In this document: piece by piece, positions 26,251 through 38,388 of the stretch
Layout of the letters: each line of letters opens with the position of its first letter
How positions within the stretch are numbered: position 1 is the stretch's first letter
Assembly (NCBI GenBank): GCA_051294375.1
Contig: CM119269.1
Location: forward strand, 15,844,711-15,908,710
Length of the DNA stretch: 64,000 nucleotides
Source: Paraspadella gotoi
Lineage: Eukaryota; Animalia; Chaetognatha
Reading direction: 5' to 3'
Position numbers and translations under genes: made by a program
The notes under the pieces: model-generated
Databases searched by the model: none
What the model was told of the DNA's origin: nothing
The model's input: the letters and a program-made list of their open reading frames with translations, nothing else

Positions 26251-29200
26251 GGGTTCGCAACCAATCGGAATGTCTTATTAGGACAACGAATCTGAACTTC
26301 CAATAATTTACCATATTTTGATTCTCATTGCGTTAGTACGAAGCCTTTCGTTCATTTAAAAAACACGTTAGTAGTCATTCAAAGTTATCTCCTTCTTATC
26401 ACTTAGAACTTCCCATGTAATTTCTATCTGAGTTAAAAATACGGTAAGACATGATTCTTCAATGACTTGTCAAATCTAATCTCATTAAACTGCTTTAATT
26501 TTACGAAAAAAAGATAATCGCTTTGGAATTTTTTATGGTACAGATGATTTTAAAATCGAATTCCTTATAAGAATCCTCATGCTTCTTTTCACTTGACACA
26601 AAAGATTTTAGGATAAGACGCCACATTATCTGATTTACAATTTTTTTTCTTTCATACGCTTTCCTGATAATTTGTTCTCACCTACTTTTCTCTACTTACT
26701 TTATATTTTCCTCTTCCTCTTTCCTCCCTTACTTCTCACGCTGTCACTTACTCATTTTTTTGGCCCCTACCTTTTTCCTGGTCTCACTATTATGCACTTG
26801 TCTCACCTTTTTTCTTCATTTTCATTCTTTCCCTTTTTTTCCCCTTCTTTTCTTTCCATTTCCCCTCTTTCTTACCTTACAGTTGTTTCACTATTTTTTC
26901 CCCATTTGCCTTCGTTTTATTTTTGCCTTTCACCCTCTCTTTCATTTCTCTCCCCTTCTTCTTTTATAGTTTTCCCTTTCGTCTTCACTCTCACTACATT
27001 TACATTGAGCCAAATCAAAGAAATTCTTTAATAAGCATTATAAGAAAGAACAATGAATGCTAGGCGCATGATTTTTTTTTCAATTTTAGGCTTGCCTAGG
27101 CAAATTTAGTAAAATTCGACAGATTTTGCGGAAACTTTGAGTGAAAATGTTTTTCCGCAAAATCTGTCGTATTTGAAGACAAAAACAAAGTCCTGCATGC
27201 TTTCAGTCGATTAAAAGGATGCGGTTTTTTTGATTAATCAGGTCGTATTGTACCTCATCTTTTAAACTTAATAAATGGAGCTTGTAACAATATATCTCTT
27301 ATCAAAAATAATGCAAGTCACAAAAAGTCACAAATTTAAAAACGTCTTTAAAAATTATTTGTCTGGCTCTAAACCAGAAAAGTTTTCTTGATATATTTCA
27401 TAGTGTTAAAAGCTTATATCAATAGGCTACATTTTTCTGTTAATTTTCAACCAATTATATTTATTTTTTTGATTTAACACAATTCATGATAAAACTGAAA
27501 CTCCAACTTTTTGACTTGTTAAACTTATAAATTAATTTATAGGCAAAACTATGAAGTGATTTAAGCTATACAATTTACCCAGAGGTAAAGAAGATAAGAA
27601 AGACGGATTTCCAAAGTTAAAAAAATTTTCTCAACTTTCCTTGGCATTCAAATCAGAAGTCGTAAGTTAAAATGGACAAAATGGACATAAAATTTTTTTG
27701 AGCTAAAAATTGCCAACAATGGTACTATTTTATCATTAGAAAATTGGTGGCAGATGTTTTAACCAACCTTCGTTCTGCTAATTTGTGATGTGTGGCTACA
27801 AGTAATCAACATTGAAGTAACAACTGAAACATAGTGGAAAGAGTCGGTTTTTTCCTAAATGCAACGTTTGTACGCGGAACCTATACGTCATTCACGCAAG
27901 AGGCGTAAACGACGCAATTCTTATTAAAGGGTAGATAACATCTTAGTACAAAAGCGGTGTCTATTCGAATGAGACTGTGAAAAATCCTTCGCGTCCATCG
28001 ATTGAAAAGCCGTCCAATCATCCACCAATCAAGCCGAATCGGATCTCGAATAAATCGGGTCTTTTCATTCTTTATCCGGAGCTTAACAAAAATAGACACT
28101 TGAGTCAAACCTGAATAAAAGCTTCACCAAAGCGAGAAGGCGCGCGCGATGCAATCATCTCGCATTATTGTTCATGGTAAAAGGTTCGATGAATTTACAA
28201 AAAAGGCGTTGTGCTGAATTTTGATCTCGAACAAAGTGAAACAAAAGAAATCACCCATCGCCATCCGATAGTATTGGAGTCGGGGGCGGGTGAAATGTTA
28301 ATATAAATAGGAAAGTTCAAACAGAGAAAGTTCGCTGAAAATAAAGAGATTGCTTTTTATTAATTCGATTTTGATCTCGAAGAGGAAAACAAAAGTTTCT
28401 TTTTTTACAAACCAATATTTTTTTTAATCAGCGCTTAAATAAAAAGTTGCTATTTGAAATGTTTGTATTAATGTCGTGGAAAATCCGCAACCCAATCCGA
28501 AATTACAGAGGCTTTTTTTGTTCCACCCCCGTCTCAATTTCTTCACACAACCCCTATTAGCGTTAGCTCTTCACGCCGCTTCACACCCTCTCCACACTTC
28601 AGAGAATTCGTCGCGATGTCGTCCCGGATTCGGTGGGGTCGATTCTGCGAGATCGAGGTTGACGAGTGCGCGTCGACGCCCATGCAAAAAACGCGCCAGC
28701 CTGCGTTGATCGCGTTCAACGGTGAGGATATTAAAATAAATATTAAAATATTATTTATAAATTTCAATAATTTACTTCGCGTAACAATTTTTACAAAATT
28801 TCGAATGTTTCCACTGTGTACTATACACAGAAAAAATGTTTTTCCTTCTAGTCGTGTGTTATGACTTACTAAGTCTTTATGTCAACATATTTATCACAGG
28901 ATACACATGCGCCTGTAGGCGACCCCTTTACCGGGCGCCACTGCCGAGACGCCGGAAGGACCGTGCACTTCGTCGCCGCTGCGCGAATGGCGGTCCGTGC
29001 AGGGACGATCCGCGGCGAGGCGAGATCGGCGGCGTCCGGCAGCGGCAGCGTCAGCGCCGGGTTCTTCTGTCAATGCAGAGCAGGCCTTCGGCGGGCGTCG
29101 GTGCCGAGACGTTACGGATTTTTGCGTCTTTGAACCTTGCAGGTGAGGGTGGGGTATGGGGTAGGGGATAGGGAAGGGCCGAAGGGGGAATTGGATTAGA

Positions 29201-32200
29201 AAACAAAAACCATAAACATTCAACCTTAATTGGAAAAATACTTCAAGAATTGCGTTGCGTTACTTATTTCATTTTCCGTTCAGAACCAGTCTTTCTTCCA
29301 TAGCCAGAAAAAATTAATCAGTTCAAAAAAAATAAAAATAAATTATCAAAAATTAATATGCATTTATTATTTTATTGCTTTAAAATTATTTAACTTATAT
29401 AGCTTAACGATTTTGCGAAAAACAAATGTTTTTTCGAGAACATCTCCAAGATCTTTGTCGACTTTTACCAAATTTTTTCGCTCACGAAATATCTCGCTTG
29501 GATTTCGACCAATCAAGAGTCACTTTTACGTTTCGTCGAAGATGAGGAAATATGCTCTTCCTCGTCCCAAACTCTATGTTGTAACCCTTAGAATGAGGAA
29601 GGACAACAGAGGTAAAATTTAGGCAAAACGAAGTACTTTCGTTAATTATCGCTTTCAATTTGAAACTTTTTATTCATTATTTTACGTTTATTACAAGTAG
29701 AGCCATGCTTTTGTTTTAACTGCTAAGTTAAAATTAATAAAGTTTAACGTATATTTTTAATTCTATATGCTAATTTTAATAATTGATATTTATACCCTAA
29801 CGGCGGCTCAACTTGTAAGAAATAACTTGGCTTAAGTCATCATGGAATCTTCACTGCTCGTTTCCCTCATCGCTCTCCTCGCCGTCGCCTTTGGCTGCAA
29901 CACTCGGGACAGCCATAACCTACACCACTCTAGCAGCTACGGCAGGGGTGGCTACTACGAGCCTTACTTCAATTACCACTCTGGCTACCACGGTGGCTAT
30001 TACGGCTACCGCCGCTGGGGCTATAGCGGCTCTTGGTCCCACCCTTTCCTCCGCTACGCGGCGCGCAACGAAGATCCCCTGTCGGCCGTGGAGAGGGCGC
30101 TGGCGTCGGCCTCGGAGCCGGAGCCACTTCACCCCGAGTCCTGGTCCGACGTCAACTGCACCTACGCGCCGATGAACGCCACCTTGGCTTGGATCGACGC
30201 CCGTACCGACTGCGCCAAGCGCGGTGCCCAGTTGGCGGTGCTGGCAAATCGCGAGGCCGTGGCGCGAGTTCTCCTCAATATGGCCACGGATTTCGGCGTC
30301 GATTCCGCCACGGACGGGATTTGGATCGGCGCCAGCGACAACGCCAACGAAGCCAAGTGGGGTTGGGTCGATGGGAAGCTGGTCCAGTTCTCCGATTGGA
30401 TGCTGTCGCGACCGGACGGCGAGAAAGAACAGAACTGCGCCGTTTTGAAGGTGAGATCTTACCGTTTTTAAATTTAACAATACGCACAATTTAAATTTTT
30501 TTTTAGGTAATTGATTAGAAATTCTTTTGACATTACTTTCAACAGCGCAACGTGGACGGTCCCGTCGGCGATGGATTCTGGGACGACGAAGACTGCGATA
30601 TCAAGAAGCCTTACCTCTGTCAAAAATGTTGATCAAAGGATGTCGCCTATTTTTATCGATTTGTTTCTACGTATCTATTTAAATTACGTATTTTGTACAT
30701 TGAGGGAAATTTGAATATATACTTGTAACTGTACTCGGAAGATATTTTGTATAATTTTTTTAAAATTTTTATGTATCTTTTACCAAAATTATGTAATACA
30801 ATTTTTTCCCGCTTTTTCGTCTATTTGATACTATACGACTTTCAATGAAGGATAGATCGAAGATAACTATGCGCAAGAAATACGAAACAGCGTGTGAAAC
30901 ATTTCGAGCCATACTTTCCCTCTCAGGGCAACAGTCAACCGAAATGCATGATTAATTTCCTCGTACCTCCCTTTTGGGCTGTATGTAAAATTTAACGAAT
31001 TCGCCGAATACCAAATAATAGAAAGTAGATGTCATGCTACGTTAGGTTGGCGTTAGTGGCTTCTGACCCTGGCGCTGTTGCCCAAGGTCGGGCTTGCTTT
31101 GCCATCTTTAGGACTGGATGAGATGTTACGATTAGGATGGTGCGTTCCCCTTACGAGCCATTGGGATAGGCTGAATAAAGTTGGTGAGGCGGTGTGGATA
31201 TAAGGGAGCTGATGAAAAGATTGAGCGATTGAACATTATTTTTATGGATATAATATTAACAAATTTTAAATATTTTTTAAATTTTTTAGCATAACAGTAT
31301 AGTAAATTTAATTATTTATATAGTAATATATCCTTATAAAATCGTAAACAAAAACAATATTTTTTGTACTAATTAATCATACTATCTTACATCAAAATAA
31401 TTTTTTTGTTGAATGCTCCTCTAATGGATATTCCTTAACGATATGCAATAATGACTAAAGTACTTATTTCACANNNNNNNNNNTATCTTACATCTAAATT
31501 ATTTTGTTGAATGCTCCTCTAATGGATATTCCTTCACGATATGCAATAATGACTATGAAGTACTTATTTCACAGGTTTCGATATTTGGAGAACCAAGGGT
31601 TTATAAGTCAAACTAAGAGTGATTCGCCTCTTTCACTTCTCTCCAGAAACGGAGGCACCTGTCGCGGGTTCGGTGGCCCAAACTACATCTGCGAGTGTCT
31701 GGCGGGATTTTTGGGCAGAAACTGCGAAGTTTCGTTGGTGGATCCCTGCTTGCCCAATCCCTGCCTCAATGAGGGAACGTGTGTCAACACGCCAGGTGCA
31801 AATGCCACATTGATTTTTTTTTCACCTCGTTATGGGTTTTTTTGGATATGTTAGTCCAGTGTCAACCCCTTATTATATTCTCTGTCACCCTTGTCATCCC
31901 TTTCCGTCATCATCGACCCGCCTCCTCAGGCGGCGACTTCGAGTGCAAATGTCCGCCCCTTTGGATCGGACGCCACTGCGACGTTTCTGCCGTGGACACG
32001 CCCCCTCGCGACCCCTGCGTGCCCAACCCTTGCGGCGACAACGGCGTCTGTAGGGAGATCCGGGACGGAGATTTCGAGTGCGTCTGTCTCCACGGGTTCA
32101 TGGGTCCGAGGTGTCGAGAGGTCGCCGACGCGTGCTCGTCCAATCCTTGCGTCAATGAAGGGACTTGCGCCTTGAATGGTTAGCGGGAGACGGAGAGGTG

Positions 32201-33728
32201 GAAATCAGAGGAAGGGAAAGAAAGCTAAAGTTTATTAGTATAATAAATACTATTGTATATTTACAATGGATGGGTCGTTTTACTAATTCCGTGACATACT
32301 TGAACCACTCTTTCGTTTCCTCTCATTGACTGAGGCTGAAGACATTCTCCTAAAATTGTCATAATACTAATAATTAATAATTAATAATTAATAATTAAAG
32401 CAAACTAATACTTTCCTTCAGACGACGGGACGTTCCATTGCTTCTGTCCACCTCCGTTCGGCGGGCGCCTCTGCCAAGAAACCATCGATCCCTGTTGGCC
32501 GAATCCCTGCCGCAACCAGGGCGCCTGCGCTCCGGACATGAGCGGCGTCAGCGGCGCCAGTCGATTCATTTGCACCTGTTTGCCGGGATACGCCGGCGCC
32601 ATCTGTGAAACGCCCGTCTCAAGGTGCAGCCCCGTCAATCCCTGCCAAAACGGCGGCATCTGCGAGGAACGAGCGGGGGGGAAATTCAAATGCACTTGCT
32701 CCGTTGGATTTCATGGTGATTTTGTGAATCGGCTTTTTTGAATTTAGCTCAAATACTGCATGTTTTTCCTTTTCTTGGGTTAATATAACTGTTTAATTAA
32801 TTTAATGATTCACAGGACCGACATGCGGCATTCAACCGTCACCCTGCATTCCTAGTCCATGCTTGAATAACGGAGTTTGCATAACAAGAGGTCAAACTTA
32901 TTCCAAAAAAAAAAATTGCAAACCGCAAATCTTCCATGCATTCAATTTCAGGCAGCGTCGATTACGAGTGCGAATGCGCGACGGATTTCTCGGGTCCTCA
33001 TTGCGAAAATGCGTCACCCTCTCCCGCATGCTCGCTCCGGCCCTGCCTCAACTCTGGGCTATGTATTCCATTGCCGTTTAACACCTTCAAGTGTAAATGC
33101 CCTCCTTCTTTTACCGGTTCGTTTAGTGGATTTAACGTTGCCTAATTTTCTATCAATAACCTATTTACACAAATAAACAGGAAAAACTTGTGGTCAAAAC
33201 ATCGGATGTGCAGCCGGAAACAAATGCACGAATGGCGCCACCTGCATAGACGACAACCTCAATGGAGGCTACACCTGTCAATGTACCCCAAACTTCGAAG
33301 TATGAGAAAGTTGTTTTAAATATGTATGAAAAAAGAAACCCTACTTCCTCAGTTCCTCTAATCAATAATGAAAAGAGTAATTTAAACCTTTTTTTTTTAT
33401 AATATCACTGCCATGAAATTGGTACAACCTATATAAATTGTTAACTAATTATGCTATCTTGACCCTGATTTTGCCAACTGGACAGGCCATTTGATAAATA
33501 GTTTCATCGCCTGTTCAGGGCATCTATTGCGAAATCCCGAAGCAGGCGAGCTTCTCCTGCCTTCTTCGTCGTGATGGTCTTTATTCCAAACCGGCCGACC
33601 CTTGCACGCCTGTCTACTACGTCTGCTCAATGGGCAAGCTGTTCCGCATGGCCTGTCCTCAAGATACCGTTTTCAATCCGTTCAGCTCGGTTTGCGACTG
33701 GCCACACAGAATGAATTGCGGACAATGA
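18420..33728 (+). CDS. Secreted LU/three-finger + about 13 Notch-type EGF repeats + C-terminal chitin-binding type-2 (CBM14/peritrophin-A) protein
   Basis: Exons about 18420-18914, 19041-19377 (noisy copies at 24948-25920), 28603-28722, 28900-29142, 31628-31795, 31931-32178, 32422-32716, 32816-32890, 32952-33115, 33181-33299, 33519-33728. Hydrophobic signal IFLFLLVLGYSLILAPASVDG; LU domain CYTC..PC..DCEDLC..RRGC..HC..WCFCGAAGCN; EGF units such as DPCLPNPCLNEGTC..FECKCPPLWIGRHC; last exon FSCLLRRDGLYSKPADPCTPVYYVCSMGKLFRMACPQDTVFNPFSSVCDWPHRMNCGQ*. The exons at 28603-29142 carry read-error indels; the start Met is uncertain. Confidence 0.8.
20030..25980 (+). repeat. Indel-rich second copy of 13520-19440 (last SOL-1 exon, intergenic region, exons 1-2 of the LU-EGF gene); probable false duplication
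   Basis: Near-identical over about 6 kb, starts at an N gap, differences are mostly 1-bp indels. 19457-20004 likewise duplicates about 27905-28463. Confidence 0.85.
29842..30632 (+). CDS. Secreted C-type lectin with Gly/Tyr/His-rich N-terminal region (2 exons: 29842-30450, 30546-30632)
   Basis: ATG in good context (CATCATGG); signal peptide MESSLLVSLIALLAVAFG; CTLD motifs WIDARTDC..GAQLA, WIGASD..E.KWGWVDG, FSDW..RPDG..QNCA and second exon GFWDDEDCDIKKPYLCQKC*. Confidence 0.9.
31046..31202 (-). mobile_element. Truncated, diverged copy of the 250-bp structured element, inverted relative to the 47453/59494 copies
   Basis: Blocks GGCTTCTGACCCT, GCTTTGCCA, TTAGGAC, GGATGGTGCGTTCCCC, GAGCCA, GGCTGAA, GTGAGGCGGTGTG match the reverse complement of 59494-59748 in the same order. 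Confidence 0.75.
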
Positions 33729-34513
33729 GAAGACAAATCGCTCGTAGTTTAATATTAGCAATCTGTAGTTGATAGATGCAAATGCATGAGTCTACGTCGT
33801 TTTAGATTATAGTCTCAGCTTCGGAATATTTCACTCTTTTTTATTTCTCTAAATTAAAAATTTTGTAATTGAAAGAATATAAATATTTAGTTTTGATCAA
33901 ATACTATATATTAATAAAATTCATAGGCAAGGGTTCGATAATCATAGCATAGGTAATCAGATAGACTGTAAGAGGTTTCAAAACAGCATTTTATATGCGG
34001 ATTATCTTTCCCAATCGTTCAGACTTCAGTATATTATTGATATTCAAAACTCCGACCTTATCTTTCAATCCCTTCGCTTCGCCTTCGGATCCCGATTGTC
34101 AAGAAAAAGAAAGAAAAAGAAAGAAGCAACAGTAAAAACTAAAAACCGGACAAATTACTACTTGACTGCCATTCGTATTCAAAGGAATTAAAATACAAAT
34201 CAATCAACCAGCGAATATTTCGAACGTTTTCCTTTCATGATAATAATAATCATGACGGGGAAATAAAAACGATCGTCACAGCAACTGATACAAAATTTTG
34301 ATTTCCCGATTATCGTCGAATTGATAAAAATAGACACTCGATCATGTCGCGCGATATTCCTTATCATTGGATTGGAAAGATTGTTTGCATAGATATTCCC
34401 TCGACTTAACTAAATCAAAAAACCTCGTAATAATGAGAGTCGTTTTTTGGTTTGCCTAAAAAAAAGAAATAAGAGGAACCCTTCCGAGAACAATTTTTTT
34501 TTCCCCTGACAAA

Positions 34514-35818
34514 ATGGCATCGTCAACCGAAACGGCTAAGATTTCGACTGATACGGGAACGCCCACCGTCACGCCAACGCCGACGGAGCCACCGTCTCAA
34601 GGAACGGTCGTCCTGGTTACGGTTTTGTTTTTTGTATTCATTTTTCTCTTCGTCTTCGTTTGTCTCGTCATAATTAAAGTGAGATTTAAAACATTAGGTC
34701 TTTTTAATTATACTAATGCTACAGAACAGGAGAGCAATTATTCAATTAAGGATGAATATTAGATTATGTTAATGATTATTGTTCATTGATCAACTCTATC
34801 AGCGCCGACGCAATCAAAATCTTCGTCGTCAATACGTTTCGGCGGCGAGGAAGTCTACGGGAGAATCCACTTTAGAGGCAGAGGAAGGTAAGTTCGGGTG
34901 AGAAGAGAGGTTTGCCTTTAAAACGACAGTTTCAAGTTTGTAGAATTAGTTTTACTAGTAAGTTTACACCGATGCTTTTGGTGAGTGAGGCTGAGAAAGT
35001 TCTGAAATTTAATTCGAAGCAATTATAATCTGTTAACAGAAGGCTATCAAAATGCTGAATCACTCGCTAGTTTTAGAGCTTCGGAATCAAATCACATTGG
35101 ACATCCCACTAACAATCATTCGAAAGATTTAAAGATTTCACGCGTATAAATGTAAGACACCAGATTGACTGATTGATCGATTGATCATCGCCGTATTGAT
35201 TATCGAAACAATTGACGGAGTCAGACAGTTTCCGCGACGCCCAACGAACTCCGTTGTAGACGTTCCCCTCCTCTCTGCCGACGTAGACGACGCGCCCTCT
35301 AGACGCGGCGGCGACGACGACGACGGACGTAATGGTGGACGGGATTTCGCACGTCTTCGGTCCCCAGGCGAGAGGTGAGGTTGCGGCAAGGGGCCAATGT
35401 GAAAACAAAAGATCTGGTCCGTTTGCAATTTTCAAAACTTTTCTAAAACCTCCCGCAAAAATATTAAGAATATGTTAAACAAAATTTCTTGATTTATAAT
35501 TAATAAGTTTTATTTGGCAATTATCCTTTTCTCACAAAAACCTAAGAAATGTAACGAAAATATTATAAAGGAGTTTCAATTTGCATTTATATTTGGTAAT
35601 TAGTTCATTCGTGCATCTGGAATATGTCTCGTCCTCACCCTCGTCCACAGCCCCTCCCCCCGTCACCGCCTCATCGGGAGATCGTCTCTGGCAATCCGTC
35701 GGACGCCTCTTCGGATCCCAAGTTCCGCGCGGCGCCGCCAGAGTCTCAACGAACGCCAACCAAGCGACGCCCAGCGAAGGCGCCGCCTCGAGCGGCGCCC
35801 CCGTCGTTCTCAACGGGA
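34514..35818 (+). CDS. Orphan single-pass membrane protein, 5' exons (copy 1, cut by an N gap)
   Basis: Exons about 34514-34678, 34803-34887, 35260-35374, 35651-gap: MASSTET..(T/P-rich)..TM VVLVTVLFFVFIFLFVFVCLVII-K|RRRNQNLRRQY... Confidence 0.7.
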
Positions 35819-35843
35819 NNNNNNNNNNNNNNNNNNNNNNNNN

Positions 35844-38388
35844 ATAAAGATTCAAAAGTTAGATAAAGGTTAATATTACAAATTTTTACAAATTTAATGA
35901 TAAATGGGTTAAAATTTAAAAAACCTTAAAAAATTATTATCATAGTTATCATTCAATAAATTTAATAGTTTTATTAACAATATTTATAGTGGTATTCTGT
36001 TAATTTTTAATCTGTTACGCTTAGTACATGGCTTATCCGATAAATTCAGCGTTTTTAAATCATTGTTATGGTCCTAATTTTCTTTTCCATAAAGAAACGG
36101 ATTTTTTGTTTTTTGTTTTTTTTTTCTTTTCATTTTCCCATAAGCCTCCTAAGTGTATACTAATAGTAAACTACTAGTATACTAATCCAGGATCGCCGTA
36201 CAATGCTTTTAGTAACGGTAACAATCTTTTCTAATTGGGATCGCTTTACCTACTTTGAAAAAATTGAATTGAATTGCTGGTTCATATATTTTTTAATGAT
36301 TTGAAATTCTTTTCTCATTTGAAGTTCAGATTTTTTATTTAAGCAACATTTGAAAAATAATTTTTGTGCTCTTCAAAAAATAAGTTTTGTGCTCTTCAAA
36401 ATCCTTCAATGACGTGTGCACTGTGCAGCCTGCTGAAGAACACTGTTACAGGTATGTTTTCATTATAAGCAATTTAATACATTGAAAATATATAACAAAA
36501 TACTGCTATTTTAAGATACTTCATTTGTTTAATTTTAGAATTAAGTTTGAATTCGTCTAGGTTATAATTAATACTGATAATTTTTTTGCTACTGTTTAAA
36601 TATTATTTTTAATAAAATAAAGGCTTGATGATCGACAATGAAGGGAAGCTTTGCATTTACGGGCATCCAGCGGCACTTAGGACGAGGGCAGGAACAAAGG
36701 CGGTCAGCGAGTCTTCAAATACTTCAGGATTAACTTTTTCAATCTGTTAAAGATTTTAAATCGCCGTAAATATTTTAAAAAGTGATTTTGATGTTACTTT
36801 TTATTTATCAGAATCAATAGGCAGTCCTGTTAGCTGAACGTAATCATCGTGGTTGCAGTTTCAGATTGCCTTTTTTTACATATTATTTTCCCCTTTGTAA
36901 GTTTATAATAATATTTTATTAATGTTGTATTAATCACTGATTTTGCGCACTCTCTCTCTCTCTTTCTTCTCCTTTGACTTACTTTGTTTATTTAATCCAG
37001 AAGATGATCTGTTAAATGGATCAAAATAATTGTCTTAATACATGTAATCTCATATGTTAACTTTTATTTGATAATAATTATTGTTGAAAAATGAAACAAT
37101 TGGTGTTTAAATTTTAATATAACTTAAATACAAATAATGTCTTTTATTTTAAATAAAACTAGTACATTTGTACGAGTAACATTCATAGGAATCTGCTTAC
37201 CATGTCAATCAATTGTCCACAGTATGTTAACATTTATTAGTCGATGGAAAGAGTATGGTCATCAGTGTATTATTTTTAAAAATTTTTTATCCGTCTTGTT
37301 CTCTTGGAAACCGCATAATCTGTACTTAAAATCATTCACGTTCTTAAAACAAACCTGCTTTAAAACCCTGTAACAAGGAACTAAGTCCCTGGCTTAATTT
37401 GATTAATTATATATTAATTACTTAAAAAGTAAATAATTTTGATTGCGTATTTTGTTTTTATTTATGATAAGATTTGACCTTTTGCCTTAAAAATTATAAT
37501 AAAAATAAATATTAAGCAATAAAAGTGATAAATGAACAATAATAAAGTTGTAGAAATATTTATTTTTAGCAATTACTCATGATTGTATGGGGCGATTGAC
37601 TTGAAATTTTTATGTGGGTAGAAAAGTGTGTGATTTAGCAGGAAATCAAAGTTTCGATAGAATCGTCCAAGTGGATATTAATTAAAATAGAAAAAACGAG
37701 TTACATTTACGCCAAAATGTCTTATTTTTATTTATAATTAGATGGATGGAATAGAATGATTGAGCCAGAAATCAAGTTTAAATGGAATCGTCCAAGTAGA
37801 AATGAGTTAAAATGGAAAAAACAAAAAAATCTTTTTCACTATTTTTTTAAGCTGCATTAATTATTTATTAATAAATTGGTAATTAATGAATTATTAATTA
37901 ATTTTGTGATCGAGATTGCTTTGTGATTAAGAGGGCGAGACAAAGTGGAAAACAATTTTGATGGGGAAAAAAAAAATTAAATATTAATTTATTAATTATC
38001 TGATCAGCTGCTTATCGCTAATGATCATGGGCAGATCCGGCATTCTTTGCTCAAACTTGTTACAAATGTTCATGAGCTTTTTCCCCGATTCGTCGAGCTT
38101 CGATTTTCTAAACACGATTTCTTTATTGAGTCTTGGGCCCGGAATCGAGCATTCTTCTCGTACCGTGCTCGTAGTACAAATCCTTATGGAACCAAAATCG
38201 AAATCCTTAACATAGGGCGACTTGATTACGCGAGGAAGCGATTTTTGGGTGACGTTTTGGGCTACAACTTTGAATGCCTGGACCGATTTTGCTGATTTTT
38301 TGCATGAAGCGCTCGAAAAGAATTCCCTATCGTTCGGTACCAAATTTGTACGAAAAATATTTTAAATACAAATCTTGTATCCCTCGCT
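35844..38388. mobile_element. Probable DNA-transposon-derived insertion present upstream of only the second copy of the EGF exons
   Basis: Similarity to the first copy starts abruptly at ACTAAAGTACTT (38389; compare 31454). The 38000-38390 end reads like non-autonomous DNA transposon terminal sequence. The other end is lost in the N gap, so TIR and TSD cannot be seen. Confidence 0.45.

Noticed and set aside
37996-38343. 115-aa ORF as a possible transposase fragment
   Set aside because: No recognisable catalytic motif; the DNA reads as non-coding transposon terminal sequence.
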